Positions 34,222 through 46,477 of a DNA stretch of 64,000 nucleotides are shown here, piece after piece (within the stretch, counting starts at the first letter, position 1; every line of letters begins with the position of its first letter). Under the pieces are notes generated by a model that ran no database searches, was not told the DNA's origin, and was given only the letters and a program-made list of their open reading frames with translations. A program made the translations under genes and the position numbers. Origin of the DNA: Leucoraja ocellata. Lineage: Eukaryota. The DNA lies in NCBI GenBank assembly GCA_036785375.1, contig JAWMAR010000512.1, positions 682,001 through 746,000 of the forward strand, given 5' to 3'.

Positions 34222-34968
34222 CCGGTGGCGCTGTTGATGGCTGACTCCGCCTACAGTCTGTTTGTCTTTTAATGTTTTTTTTAATTTTTAGTTGTTGAAA
34301 GTATGTTTTTGGAGTTTTTATTTTTATTTTTAGTATTTCATGTGGGGGGGGGGGGGTAGGGTATGGGGGAGATCGTCTTTCAGTCACTTCCTGGCAAGGA
34401 AGCGACTATTATCTGAGTCACGCCCTCGCCCCCCTCCTCGCGGCCTACCAACTGGATTGGCGTGGCCTTTCCTGCCGGGGATCGGACCAGAGCTTCAGCA
34501 GCAGTGGCGCAGCGCTGGATACATCGTGGAGCGGGTGATGCCTTACCTGGGATCGCCGTTTGAGGCTCGGAAGTGTTGGGCCTGCTGCTTCGACATCGCA
34601 GAGTTGGACCTGTGGACTTCAGGAGCCGTGGACTCCAGTGGGAGGTGGATAATTCAGAGGTCCAGGCCGCTTAGGATGTTCTTCCGTTCAACGTCGGGAT
34701 TCCATAATTACCAGCGAGAGGGCCTGAACATCGGGCCGCCCGTAGCGGCGACTGCGGGGGGCTTGGCAGGTCACGACCACGGGTGAACATCGGGGAACTT
34801 CAGCAAGGAGGTTGACTGGACTTTGGTGCCTTCCCTCACAGTGGGGAACTCTGGTGTCGCTGTGGAGATGTTTGTGTTGTGGACTGTTCGTATGACTGTA
34901 TGGGAAATAGCATTTTGTTGTCTCTTACTTGAAGATGATGACAATAAAGTTGAATCAAATCAAATCAA
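34222..34968 (+). mobile_element. GC-rich non-coding retroposon with Rex/L2-like tail and (AATCA)n
   Basis: Homologous to 21742-22590. Ends ATGACAATAAAGTTGAATCAAATCAAATC. Confidence 0.75.
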
Positions 34969-35004
34969 TTTAAACCAGGATCCCTCTAAAATTGACTTGG
35001 AACA

Positions 35005-35975
35005 TAAAATATAGAAGAGTACCGCACAGGAACAGGATGCTCAACCCACAATGTATCTGCTACATATGATGCCAAGTTAAATCTTGTTTGCCTGTACATA
35101 ATTCATATCCCTCCATTCCCTGCTCATCCTCATACCCATCAAAAAAGCCTCTGAAATGTCACTATCATATCTGACTCCACCATCAGTCCTGATAGCTTGT
35201 TCTGGGCACCTTCCATCCTATCTGTAAAAATGTTTCCAACACATATCCTGTGATCTATCCACCACACACCTTAAAGCAATGCTCTCTAGTCTTTAACATT
35301 TACACACTGGGAAAAAGATTCTAACCTATCTATGCCTCGCCTAATTTTATAAACTTATATCTGGTCTTCACTCACCCTCCAGTGTTCCAGAGCAAATAAT
35401 CCAAGTCTGTTCAACTTTGCTTTGTAGCTGCGTTTAGAAGAATGAAGGGGGACATCATTGAAATATACAGAATAGTGAAAGGTTTCGATAAAGTGGATGT
35501 GGAGAGGATGTTTCCACTGATGGGAGAGTCCAGGACTAGACGTCATAGCCTCAGAATTAAAGGACATTATTTTAGGAAGGAGGTGAGGAGACATTTCTTT
35601 AGTCAGAGGGTGGTGAATCTGTGGAATTCTTTGCCATAGAAGGCTGTGGAATACAAATCAGTGGATATTTTTAAAGCAGAGATAGATTTTTGATTAGTGG
35701 TAACTGGTGTTAGAGGTTATGGGGAGAAGGCAGGAGAATGGGGTTAGAAGGGAGAGATAAATCAGACATGATTGAATAGCGGAGTAGACTTGATGGGCCA
35801 AATAGCCTAATTCTACTCCTATCACATGACCTATTATCCTCAAAACCAGGCATCATACTCGTAAACCTCCTCTGCATTCTTTCTAAAGTTTCCACACCCT
35901 GTATTGTGGCAAATACAGCTGCACACAACATTCCAAATGCAGCCGAAACAAATTTGTATAAAGCTGCGTCATGAG
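35005..35975. mobile_element. CR1 (+, ~35432-35830) nested inside an older CR1 (-)
   Basis: ORF 35442-35639 MKGDIIEIYRIVKGFDKVDVERMFP. The minus-strand CR1 continues on both sides. Confidence 0.85.
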
Positions 35976-36758
35976 CTATTTGCTCCCTTTTCTTAAGGAC
36001 GAGGAATTGTAAGTGTCCCCTCCTGGCTTAATAGGTTGTAGAAATATGTTTTTGACTGGTAGCATGAAAGAATGAATGAATGAAGGTATGAATGATACTT
36101 TATTGTCACATGTGCCAAGTCACAGTGATATTCTTCGTTGTGCATACCCAAGGTATGCAAAGAGTCACCACATAAAGGACACTGACAAAGTTATGAAGTA
36201 TCTCATGCCAGATTCTCTTTTGCTCCTCTCCTCTTTTGCTCTGCCCCCCACATCCCCCTCCTCAGAGCGGTTTTCACACACCAGTTCCTTCATGATTGTG
36301 TTCTCGGCAGTGTCGCCACTTTAAGTGTCACGTCATGTCACCTCAGTGGCCAAACAGTCTGTGTCAAGTACAATGACAGCATAACAGTAGAGATAACAGC
36401 CCAAAGCATGTCTGGCCATGGCCAATGCTGATGGACAAAACATTTACCTGGCAGTAAATGTTGTCCTGTGCGCAGGTGCATTTTTCAACAGCCTCAACCA
36501 TTGTACAACAGTCATGAGGAAGGATAGACATAGAAATGCCAGAGTAACCCAACAAATTCAAGGGATATGGGGAGAAAGCTAGAACTAATTTTCGATGATC
36601 AGTGCTGGCTCAGGGGGCCGAATGGCCTACTCCTGCACCTATTTTCTATGTTTCTATGTTTCTATGGGTCAAGCAGCATCACTGGATAAAATGGATAGGT
36701 GACTGTTCGGGTTGAGATCCTTCTTCAGAAGGAGGAAAGGCCTCAAAAAGATCCCTTA

Positions 36759-36986
36759 AGGGCCTGTCCCATTTTCATTACCTAATTTACGATCCTTTTT
36801 ACTCGTGGACATTTTTCATCAGGCTAGAAAAACGCCCCGACCGACTTGATGCCACGAGTTCCTACGACTAGTATCATGACCTACCTACGACCTACCTACG
36901 ACCTCGTGACGACCATGCAACGAGTATGAGTCAAGGGCAAACTCTGCAGAGGTGGTGAATTAGGTTGTGAAAGTGGGACAGGCCCC
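36759..36986. mobile_element. PIF/Harbinger MITE
   Basis: TIRs AGGGCCTGTCCCA and TGGGACAGGCCCC, with TTA TSD (36756-36758 and 36987-36989). Confidence 0.85.
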
Positions 36987-37004
36987 TTAGTTGGTGTGGA
37001 GGTC

Positions 37005-37470
37005 CTTACCTGTGATGGACCGGGCAGTCCACCACTGTTTTTCACTTCCTCCATTCCCTTGTATTCAACATGCCAAAGCAGCCGATGATGCAATATGCTC
37101 TCTACCGTACACCACTAGAAGCTCAGGAGAGTATTCGTCAACATGCCAAATCTCTTCCATATTCAAAGGAAGCAGAGTCATTGACGGACTTTCCTTATGA
37201 TTGTACCAATGTGCTGGGTTCACGATAGATCCTCCGAGATACAGTATGTACGCCCAGGAACTTGAAGTTGTCGACTCTCTCCACCTTTGACCCATTGATG
37301 AAAACTGGTTCGGCGATCCTTGGCCTTCCTCTTCTAAAGTCAACAATCAGCTCCTTGGTCTCACTGATGTTGAGAGTAAGGTTGTTGTTCTGGCCTGTTC
37401 AATCAGCCGATCAATCTCCATCCTATACGCTGACTCATTACTAATGGTGGAGTCATTGGCGAGTTAAAGA
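37005..37470 (-). mobile_element. Rex1/Babar-like RT C-terminal fragment
   Basis: Minus strand reads NNLTLNISETKELIVDFRR..INGSKVERVDNFKFLGV. Confidence 0.85.
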
Positions 37471-37649
37471 TGGATTTGCATCTGAACTTAATAAACTGTA
37501 ATCTAATGAATAGTGTAGGAAGGAACTGCGGATGCTGATTTATACTGAAGATAAACACAAAATGCTGGAGTAAAACCCACTGGTCCTTTCAGGTGAGGAA
37601 GAGGTTTACTTGCACCTCCTTCAATCTCTGTCTTTCAATCTGACAATAC

Positions 37650-38550
37650 ACAATAGACAATAGACAATAGACAATAAACAATAGGTGCAGGAGTAGGCCA
37701 TTCATCCCTTCTAGCCAGCACCGTCATTCACTGTGATCATGGCTGATCATCCACAATCAGTACCCCATTCCTGCCTTCTCCCCAAAATCCCTTGACTCAG
37801 CTATCTTTAAGAGCTCTAACTAACTCACTCTTTAAAGAATCTGGGGAATCGGCCTCCACTGCCTTCTGAGGCAGAGCATTCCACACATTCACAACTCTCT
37901 GGGTGAAAAGGTTTTTCCTCATATCCGTTCTAAATGGCTTACCCCTTATTCTTAAACTGTGGCCCCTGGTTCTGCACTGTCCAACATCGGGGACATGTTT
38001 CCTGCCTCTAACATGTCCAATTCTTTAATAATCTTGTATGTTTCAATAAGATATCCTCTCATCCTTCCAGTGGATACAAGCCCAGTTGCTCCATTCTTTT
38101 AACATATGACAGTCCTGCCATCCCGGGAATTAGCCAGTGAACCTATGCTGCACTCCCTCAACAGCAAGAATGTCCTTCCTCGAATTTGGAGACCAAAACT
38201 GCACACAATACTCCAGATGTGGTCTCACTAGGGCCCTGTACAACTGCAGAATGACCCCTTTGCTCTTATACTCAACTCCTCTTGCTATGAAGCCCATGCT
38301 TACTTTCCTACATGCCTACATGCTTACTCTCAGTGACTGATGTACAAGGACACCCAGATCTCATGGTACTTCCCCTTTTCCTAATCTGACACCATTCAGA
38401 TAATAATCTGCCTTCTTTGTTCTTGCCAGCAAAGTGGATAACCCCACATGTATCCACATTAAACTGCAACTGCCACGCATCTGCCCACTCATCCAATCTG
38501 TCCAAGTCACCCTGCAACCTAGTAGCATCCTCCTCACAGTTCACAATGCC
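37650..38550 (-). mobile_element. CR1 LINE 3' fragment with (ACAATAG)n tail
   Basis: RLQGDLDRLDEWADAWQLQFNVDTCGVIHF; [21 protein letters not shown]. Confidence 0.95.
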
Positions 38551-39014
38551 AACCCAGAACGCCACCTATTCCTTTTCTCCGGAGATGCTGCCCAACCCGC
38601 TGAGTTACTCCGGCATTTTGTATCTATCCTCTCTATCTAATTAAGTTAGTTTAAGAATATATGCCACATGAGCAGTTAAACCATAAACAGAAATTTGTAG
38701 AATAATTTAGCAGGTCAAACCGTGAAGATGCTGAACTCCTGTATCTCGGCTGGTCTGCCACACTTACAAATAAAACATTGTCAAGTTTAATTTGATGACT
38801 ATGCAATCCACAAGCTTTACTGTAATACTCCAGTGAACTTCCTCGGTCAATTATTACATTGAATTGATTTCACAATATTCATTCTTTGTCATTCTCTGCA
38901 CTGACTTCGCAACTATAACTCAACAACAATATGTCTCTGATCTGGTATTTTCTGAAAATCATTCGAAGAATAATTGCTCATTTAGAACATTATTGAATGG
39001 TGAATAATGGTGAA

Positions 39015-39150
39015 TTCTTCAGTCTGAAGAAGGGTCTTGACCCAAAACGTTACCCATTCCTTCTCTCCGGAGATGCTGACCCGCTGAGTTACTCCAGCTT
39101 TTTGTGTCTATCTTCGATTTAATACAGCATCTACAGTTCTTTCCCATACA
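39015..39150 (+). mobile_element. Solo Penelope-like terminus with TSD
   Basis: Direct repeat ACATTATTGAATGGTGA at 38987-39003 and 39148-39164. Degenerate hammerhead at 39024-39051. Confidence 0.85.
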
Positions 39151-39332
39151 TTATTGAATGGTGACTGGCCCATTACAATTTATAATCTGGAATGAATACT
39201 GCTCGCATCCAGAAAGCTTGCTTTAGTTTACTTTAGTTACAGTGAAAAGCTTTATGTTGCATGCTATCCAGTCAGTGAAAAGACTATACAAGATTACAAT
39301 CAGGCCTGCCACAGTGTACAGATACAGGATAA

Positions 39333-39649
39333 AAGCCCTGTCTCACAGTACTAGTTCATTCAAGAGATCTCCCGAGTTTGCCCTGATTCGAACTCGGAGA
39401 TTTATGGTAATGGCTGCTCATACGTACCCGGGGCTCTCGTGGACATTTTTCAACATGTTGAAAAATCTTCACGAGTCTTCCTGAGCTTACCGCGTTTCCC
39501 GAGTACCTGCCGTTAGCGTTACGAGCCGCTAAGAGACGTCCCCGAGCTTCGACGTACCCGCTACGCTCATTCTACGTGCTTCCACGAGTTTAATTTTTTT
39601 TTAAACTCAGGAGAGCACTTGAATGAACTCGTACAGTGGGACAGGGCTT
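39333..39649. mobile_element. PIF/Harbinger-like MITE inserted in a Rex/L2-like tail
   Basis: ~30-bp TIRs AAGCCCTGTCTCACAGTACTAGTTCATTCAAG and CTTGAATGAACTCGTACAGTGGGACAGGGCTT. Confidence 0.85.
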
Positions 39650-40267
39650 AGGGGTAAAATGTTTAGTGCAAGATAAAGTCCAGTAAAGTCTAATTAAGGA
39701 TATGACATTGAAGTCGATAAAGTCCGATTAAAGAGAGCCAGATCAGTTTAGATCAATTTATTGTAACGAGTACCGAGGTACTGTGAAAAGCTGCCAGCTA
39801 ACCGGTCAGCGAAAAGACTATACATGAATACAATCAGGACATCCACAGTGTAACGATACAGGATAAAGGGTATAACGTTAAATGCAAGACAAACTCCAGT
39901 AAAGTCCAATTAAAGACAGTTCAAAGGTCTCTATTGATGTGGCTGGGAGGTCAGGAGCACACTCTAGCTGATGAGAGGGCCATTCAGTTGCCTGATAATA
40001 GCAGGGATTAAACAATTCCTGAATCTAGAGGTATGTATTTTCAAACTTCTGTACTTCTTGCCTGATGGGAGAGGGGAGAATAGTGAGTGACCGGGGTGAG
40101 AATGGTCCTAGATTATGCTGGTGGGCTTGACGAGGCAGCATGCGTTTTAGATTACTTTATTGATACATCATGGAAAAAGGCCCTTCAGCCCAGCAAATTC
40201 ACACAGACCATTGTTAACCGGTTCACATTAGTTCCATGCTATCCCACTTTCTCGAACCCTTCCTGCA

Positions 40268-40582
40268 AGGTGCAGGGGAGTCCAGAACCAGGGGTCACAG
40301 TTTAAGAATAAGGGGTAGGCCATTCAAGACTGAGATGAGGAAAAACTTTCTCACCCAGAGAGTTGTGAATCTGTGGAATTTTCTGCCACAGAAGGCAGTG
40401 GAGGCCAATTCACTGGATGTTTTCAAGAGAGAGTTAAATATAGCTCTTAGGGCTAATGGAAACAAGGGATATGGAGTGAAAGCAGGAATGGGGTATTGAT
40501 TTTGGATGATCAGCCATGATCATATTGAATGGCGGTGCTTGCTCGAAGGGCTGAATGGCCTACTCCTGCACCAATTTTCTAT
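40268..40582 (+). mobile_element. CR1 3' fragment nested in a minus-strand V-SINE (~40160-40780)
   Basis: GESRTRGHSLRIRGRPFKTEMRKNFLTQRVVNLWN. SINE halves lie on both sides. Confidence 0.9.
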
Positions 40583-40809
40583 GTACATACCGGAGGCAAT
40601 TTACAGAGGTCATTTAACCAACAAACCCACGCGTCTTTGGGATGTGAGAGGAAATCAGAGCACCCGGAGGAAACCTTTGCATTCATCTGGTGAACATGCA
40701 AACTCCACATGGTCCGCAACTGCATTTAGGATCGAATCTAGGTCTCTGGCGCTGTGAAGCGGCAGCTCCACCAGCTGTGTCCTCGTGTATACAACTGATG
40801 AGCAATAAA

Positions 40810-41327
40810 GCAGTTTTAGGCCAAATATCTGAGGAAGAATGTGGTGGCATTGGAGAGGGTCCAGAGGAGGTTTATGAGAATGATCCCAGGGATGACTAGG
40901 TTAATGTATGATGAGCGTTTGACAGCACTGTGCCTGTACTCGCTGGAGTTTAGAAGGCTGAAGGGGACCTCATTGAAACTTACTGAATAGTGAAAGGCCT
41001 GGATAGAGTGGAAGCAGAGGAAGTTTTCACTAGCGGTAGAGCCTAGAACCAGAGGTTATAGCCTCAGAATAAAAGGACGTATCTTTAGAAAGGAGATGAG
41101 GAGTAATTTCAGAGAGTGGTGAATCTGTAGAATTCATTGCCACAGGTGGCTGTGGAGGGCAAGTCAGTAGATACTTTTAAAGCTGAGATTGATGGGTTCT
41201 TGATTGACTCAAGGGTTATGTGGAGAAGGCAGGAGAATGAGTTGACAGGGAAAGATAGATCAGCTATGATTGAATGGCAGATTAGACTCGATGTACTGAA
41301 TGGGCTGATTCTGCTCCTATGACTTAC
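40810..41327 (+). mobile_element. CR1 3' fragment
   Basis: QRRFMRMIPGM..LYSLEFRRL. Its tail CTGCTCCTATGACTTAC resumes as GAACATGAA at 42334. Confidence 0.9.
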
Positions 41328-42329
41328 AGTAAGTTATTGGGGCAAATCCTCCAAAATTATGGAAGAACTCAGATAAGGACATGGATATTTTAAAAGACAG
41401 ATTTGCTGGCTGCAACGGAAAAAATCCCCAATCCACAGAAAGATTCAAACCTGTCTGGCCTGTGGACTTGGGCATCACGCAATTATGCGAATGATGTGGA
41501 CAGGAAAGGCTGAGACGGAGATAACGAGATTATCTTGGATACACAAAGGAAGGAACCAAGCCTCAGCAGACAGTGGTAAACAGGCCAGCCCAAGCACAAT
41601 CACCATCTTGGATGACCCATCCATCGAGACAATAGGAGCCCATCCAGGTGATGGGATAACGATCAGGCTGAGGGATCATGACATCAGCAAACCCCTTATC
41701 ATCAGAGGCCTATTGTTCATGCCAGATTGAAACTGGGAATCATCAAAAGAACCTTTTTATCCAGAGGACCACCTGGAGGTTTCAAAGGAAGCTCAGGTAT
41801 AAAACAGGAGTCAAGCCAGAACTCTTTCTCTCTCTCTGCTCTGCTGGGCAGCTCGTGAGCCCAACTGTAAGTACCCCAGTGACCTGGTGAAATTCCCGAA
41901 ATAGGATAGAGAGTGAGGAGAAAGGGAAAGGGGGGTATACTTGCAGGTAAAATTGTGTAAAGTAAGTTTTACGATATGCCCGATAGTTTTCCGTCCATAG
42001 TTTTAGTTTAAAGCATAAGTTTAGCCACGTATTATGTAGTGTTGGTGAGATTCGATTTCTCATTGTTTAATAAAGTCTGTAAATTTTAGACTTGCTTTGA
42101 GTCCATCTTGGTTTCTGTTTTCCCTCATCAGCACACTCTGGTCAATTCAAACTTTTATCATATCCCACCATAATTCCGAGGTCTAGAACCTAGGGAATCC
42201 CTTTTGTTATATTCTCTCTCTTGGAAACCGCTCGAGTGGAGTGGTGGCCGTTTGACCCTCCGACAAGGGGGAGAATAACTCGGGCAGTTGGGCCCGAAGG
42301 GAAATAAAGGGAAACGCAAAACCCCTACA
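41328..42329 (+). mobile_element. Solo LTR (~1 kb) of an LTR retrotransposon or ERV
   Basis: 4-bp TSD TTAC (41324-41327 and 42330-42333) inside a CR1 tail. Termini (A)GTA..TACA. TATAAAA at 41798 and AATAAA at 42069. Confidence 0.75.
41798..41804 (+). promoter_or_regulatory. TATA box of the solo LTR
   Basis: TATAAAA followed ~20-35 nt later by a pyrimidine-rich initiator-like tract. Confidence 0.5.
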
Positions 42330-42946
42330 TTACGAACATGAATTTTTGAATCAGTTTCTACTTCTACATGCAAACAATCCAATGTGATGTGTCATTGTCA
42401 GTGCCACACTATTCTAATGGAATAGGGTGGTGTGGGATCATGAATAAAATGCATCCATTGTAAATGTGCGCCATACTAACAGAGCGGCATACACCATGGC
42501 ATGCCAAGACGTCTAAATCAGAATAAGTAATTGCTTTAACTGTGCTAGTTTAGTATTTAAATATATCTGCAGGCTACGATGATCTGCATTGCCAGTACAA
42601 CTGCTTAAAATATGTTTCTGCAGAGTACATTCAAGTCTTTAATAAAATGTCATTCATTTGCAAATGAATTAACTGCCTCAACATGTATTGGGAAGTATTA
42701 GGAATTTAATTGGTAGTCAGAGGCTGGCAATCTCTCCTATCTGAGTATCAGCATTATTATTATGGCTGTGGTTTTGCATTGCATGCACAATTGTAGACAT
42801 ACATTATCCTCTACACAATGCCATTTACCATTGAACATGGTTCCCTTTTTTTAACGTGAAAATATTTTTTTTGTTGTCCAAATGTTCCCATTAGGAGGGC
42901 ATTTAAGCATTCTGCATGCATTCAAGGGGTTACTGAAGTCAAACTT

Positions 42947-43258
42947 GGGCAGCACGGTGGTGCAGCGGTTGAGTTATGGCCTTAAACCGCTTGGAGCACC
43001 AGAAACTCGGGTTTGATCCCGACCACGGGTGCTGTCTGTACGGAGTTGGTACGTTCTTACAATGACCTGTGTGGGTTTTCTCCGAGATCTTCAGTTTCAT
43101 CTAACACTCCAAAGACGTACAGGCATGGCTTGGTATAAGTGTAAATTGTCCCTAGTGCGTGTAGGATAGTGTTAATGTGCAAGGATCGCTGGTCGGTGTG
43201 GACTCGGTGGGCCAAAGGGCCTGTTTCCGCATTGTTTCTCTAAACTAAACTAAACTAA
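42947..43258 (+). mobile_element. V-SINE, full length
   Basis: A box TGGTGCAGCGG, B box GGTTTGATCC, V-domain, tail with (CTAAA)3. Confidence 0.93.
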
Positions 43259-43504
43259 TATCTGTTGCAAAAAGGTAAAGATCTTTTTAGGAGTGAGCTC
43301 ATTGATTGTCTCCAGCAGGTGATGACACACTGACTCTCTCTTGATGAGAATTGCTCATCCACAATCTTTGTAAACAATATGATAATCTGTTTATTTCAAG
43401 TTCAGCTCCAATACATTTAAACCACTTATTTCTTCATTCGTCGTGTTACTAGATAGCACCTCAAAAAAAAACCCATTAAAATTTCAAAAACTGAATGGTG
43501 CAAT

Positions 43505-43700
43505 CATAAGATCATGAGGCGTTAGAGCAGAATTAGGCCATTCGGCCCAAAAAGTCTGCTCCGCCATTTGATCATGGCTCATCAATTTTTCCATCTCAAC
43601 ACCATTCTCCTGCCTTCTCCCTGTAACTCTTGATGCCCTTACTAGTCTAGAATCTATCAATCTCCAATTAAAAACTACCTAATGACTTGGCCTCCACAAG
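43505..43700 (-). mobile_element. CR1 3' UTR fragment
   Basis: GAGCAGAATTAGGCCATTCGGCCC..CCATTCTCCTGCCTTCTCC. Confidence 0.8.
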
Positions 43701-44407
43701 GATCAACCAAAAATATTGAGTTCAAGCAGCAGACCTTTGAAAATGAATGATTCTACCGTGAAATGATAATACTCTGTTTTTCCGTGATATCAGTTAAGAT
43801 TTTGTATGTTTCCAGTAAATCCTTTTTAATGTCTAGCTTTCACCTTTGGTTGTTTTTGCATTATTAGCCAAGTAAATCTGTTTATAACTCTTCATTGTGC
43901 AGGAAAAGACTGTTATACCTGAGCCAATATATTTTATTTTTCTTAATGGGACTGAGTGATCATTAACAAAGTATTTTTATTGAACATTAATACATTTTCA
44001 AACCCAATTAGGAAAGGGGCCATATTTCTTCTCTTAGGTACTCACTGATGTTGGAGTTCTGTACTCCAGGAAACTATTTCTAAACCTCCCTTTGCACTCT
44101 TTCCTCAAATTTATGAATATTGACTAATTTAGATATTGTGATTTGATTCTAAATTCTAAATTGATAAAGTAACTCATGAAGAGCATTGGTCCTAGCACTG
44201 TTCCTTGCAGATCAGAACTTCTTACATCATTCTACTGTGGATTATTACTTTTCATCTTCAAACCAGCTTATTTATTCACACTGTCATTTGTCTCACTGAC
44301 TTTCCGTTCTTTGACTTCATTCAGTCTTCCACTATTGGATATCCTTTCAAAAGTTGTTTTTTTTATTAACCTGGATAAGTTGCATCAACTATATCACCAT
44401 TGTCTGC

Positions 44408-44840
44408 TCATAAGACATAGGAGCAGAATTAGTCCTTGCTGCCCATCTCGTCTGCTCCGCCATTTGATCATGGCTGATCAATTTTTCCCTCTCTACCATA
44501 TTCTCCTGCCCTCTTCCTGCAACTTGTGACACCCTTAATAATCAACAATCTATCAATCTCCACTTAAAAAAATACCTCAATGTCTTGACCTCCATGGCTA
44601 TCAATGGCAATGAATTCCATAGAATCACCACCCTCTGGCAAAATAAATTCCTCGTCATCTCCATTGCAAAATTGGAAACATCCTCCCAACATCCACTCTA
44701 TCAAGGCCATTTATTATTCAGCAGGTTTCAATTAGATCCTCTTTCATCCTTCTGAACTCCAGTGCGTACAGGCCCAGAGCCACCAAACACTCCTCATATG
44801 TTAGCCCCATTATTCCCTGAATCATTCTCGTAAACCTCCA
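44408..44840 (-). mobile_element. CR1 3' fragment
   Basis: Same UTR and ORF2 terminus as 16245-16823. Confidence 0.85.
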
Positions 44841-44849
44841 AAGTCAACA

Positions 44850-45355
44850 CAAATGCTGGTTTAAACCAAAGATAGACACAAAATGCTGGAGTAACTTAGC
44901 AGGACAGCCAGTATCTCTGGAGAGAAATAATGGGTGATGTTTCAGGTTGATATCTTTCTTCAGACTAGTTAAGGAAAAGGGAAACAAGAGATAAACTGTA
45001 GATTATGATGTAGAGAGATAAAGAACAATGAATGAAAGATATGCAAAAAGTAACGATGATAAAGGAAACAGGCCGTTTGCTGTTAGCTGTTTGTTGGGTG
45101 AAAACGAGAAGCTGGGGTGACTTGGGTGGGGATGGGATAGAGAGAGAGAGGTCAAGACCCTTCTTCAGATTGATCCTGGAGAAATGGAATAGGTGATGTT
45201 TCGTGTCAAAATCCTTCTTCAGACTGTGAAGAAGAGTCCCAACCCGAAAAGTCACCTATTCTTTTTCTCCAGAGATGCTATCTGACCCACTGAGTTACTC
45301 CAGCATTTTGTGTTTATCATCGGTTTAAACCAGCATCTGCAGTTTCTTCCTACAC
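44850..45355. mobile_element. Penelope-like 3' UTR (minus) plus inverted termini
   Basis: Terminus 44850-44966, purine-rich UTR to ~45150, then a second inverted pair 45150-45355. Confidence 0.8.
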
Positions 45356-46477
45356 TTATTATATGAATCTCAACCAATTCCTTTGGCAGGTCATTCCATA
45401 CCCCCGTCTCCCTCTTCCTGAAATAGGGGACATGTATTAACTTTGGGCAGATAGATATTTGGGAAAATTGGGAGTCAAGGATTCTGTGTAGTGTGAATGC
45501 ATGTATGTGAGAGGGAGAGAGGACGAGAGAGCAAGAGAGAATTTTGTTAACAATAATCTAACTGAAAAATATGTGTAGATTTATATCAAGGCATATCGAG
45601 CCCAGAAATCGCACCTAAATGTCTAGATCCATTATGCCAAGGATAGTCTGATGAAGAGTCTTGACCCAAAACGTCACCTATCCATCCCCTCCAAAGATGC
45701 TGTCCGAGGTGTTGAGTTAGCCCAGCACTCTGTGTCTTGCTTTATAGGCAAAGGAATGTGGTGTATTTCCACTTCAAATAACAAGATTTCTTCAAACAAT
45801 TTTTATTAACTTACCGATTCAATCAAGTGCATGCATTTTAATACATAATATTTATAATTGTAGATTTCTTCCGCAGGGAGAAGATGGATGAGAGGATGAA
45901 AGAAAAATGTCTCAATCGCTCCCTCTGTCTCTTCAAATGCCACTGAGATTTATTTTTCATTCTTTCCAATGATAAAACTGGGAGGAAATTACCAATCGCT
46001 TTAACCTGAATACCATTTGTACATATTTCCAAAAATTCAAACCAGAAAATGAGGTTTTAGTCTTTTCCGTGTTAGTTATTGCATAAATATGAATGAAAAC
46101 ACAATATTTTCAGTTGGACAGTTTAATGTCCTTTTCAATAAATAAAGTGTCATCTTATTTAACCAACACATGGGTCAGGAGCTTAATTTATGCATCATAT
46201 AGCTAAATAATTATGTAGTTCCTCTGATTTATTTTATGGTCTTTCAGGGGCTAAATTATTAGGTAATTTCAATATTAAATGTCACTAATCTCATTAAATG
46301 CTTGCAGCTTTTCGTTATAGAAGTACATTATTAATATTAATTGATGAAGATGAAGGTCATTTAAAATTTGTAGATCCACATTCTTTATCACGGATAAATA
46401 TTTAGTTGTATTAATGATATGTAAATTAAGCAGAAGATATGTAATGCAAAATACACTTGTGTATAGCTTTGTAATAG

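Noticed and set aside
42947-43030. tRNA genes
   Set aside because: The A/B boxes belong to SINE heads that continue into the V-domain. No complete cloverleaf.
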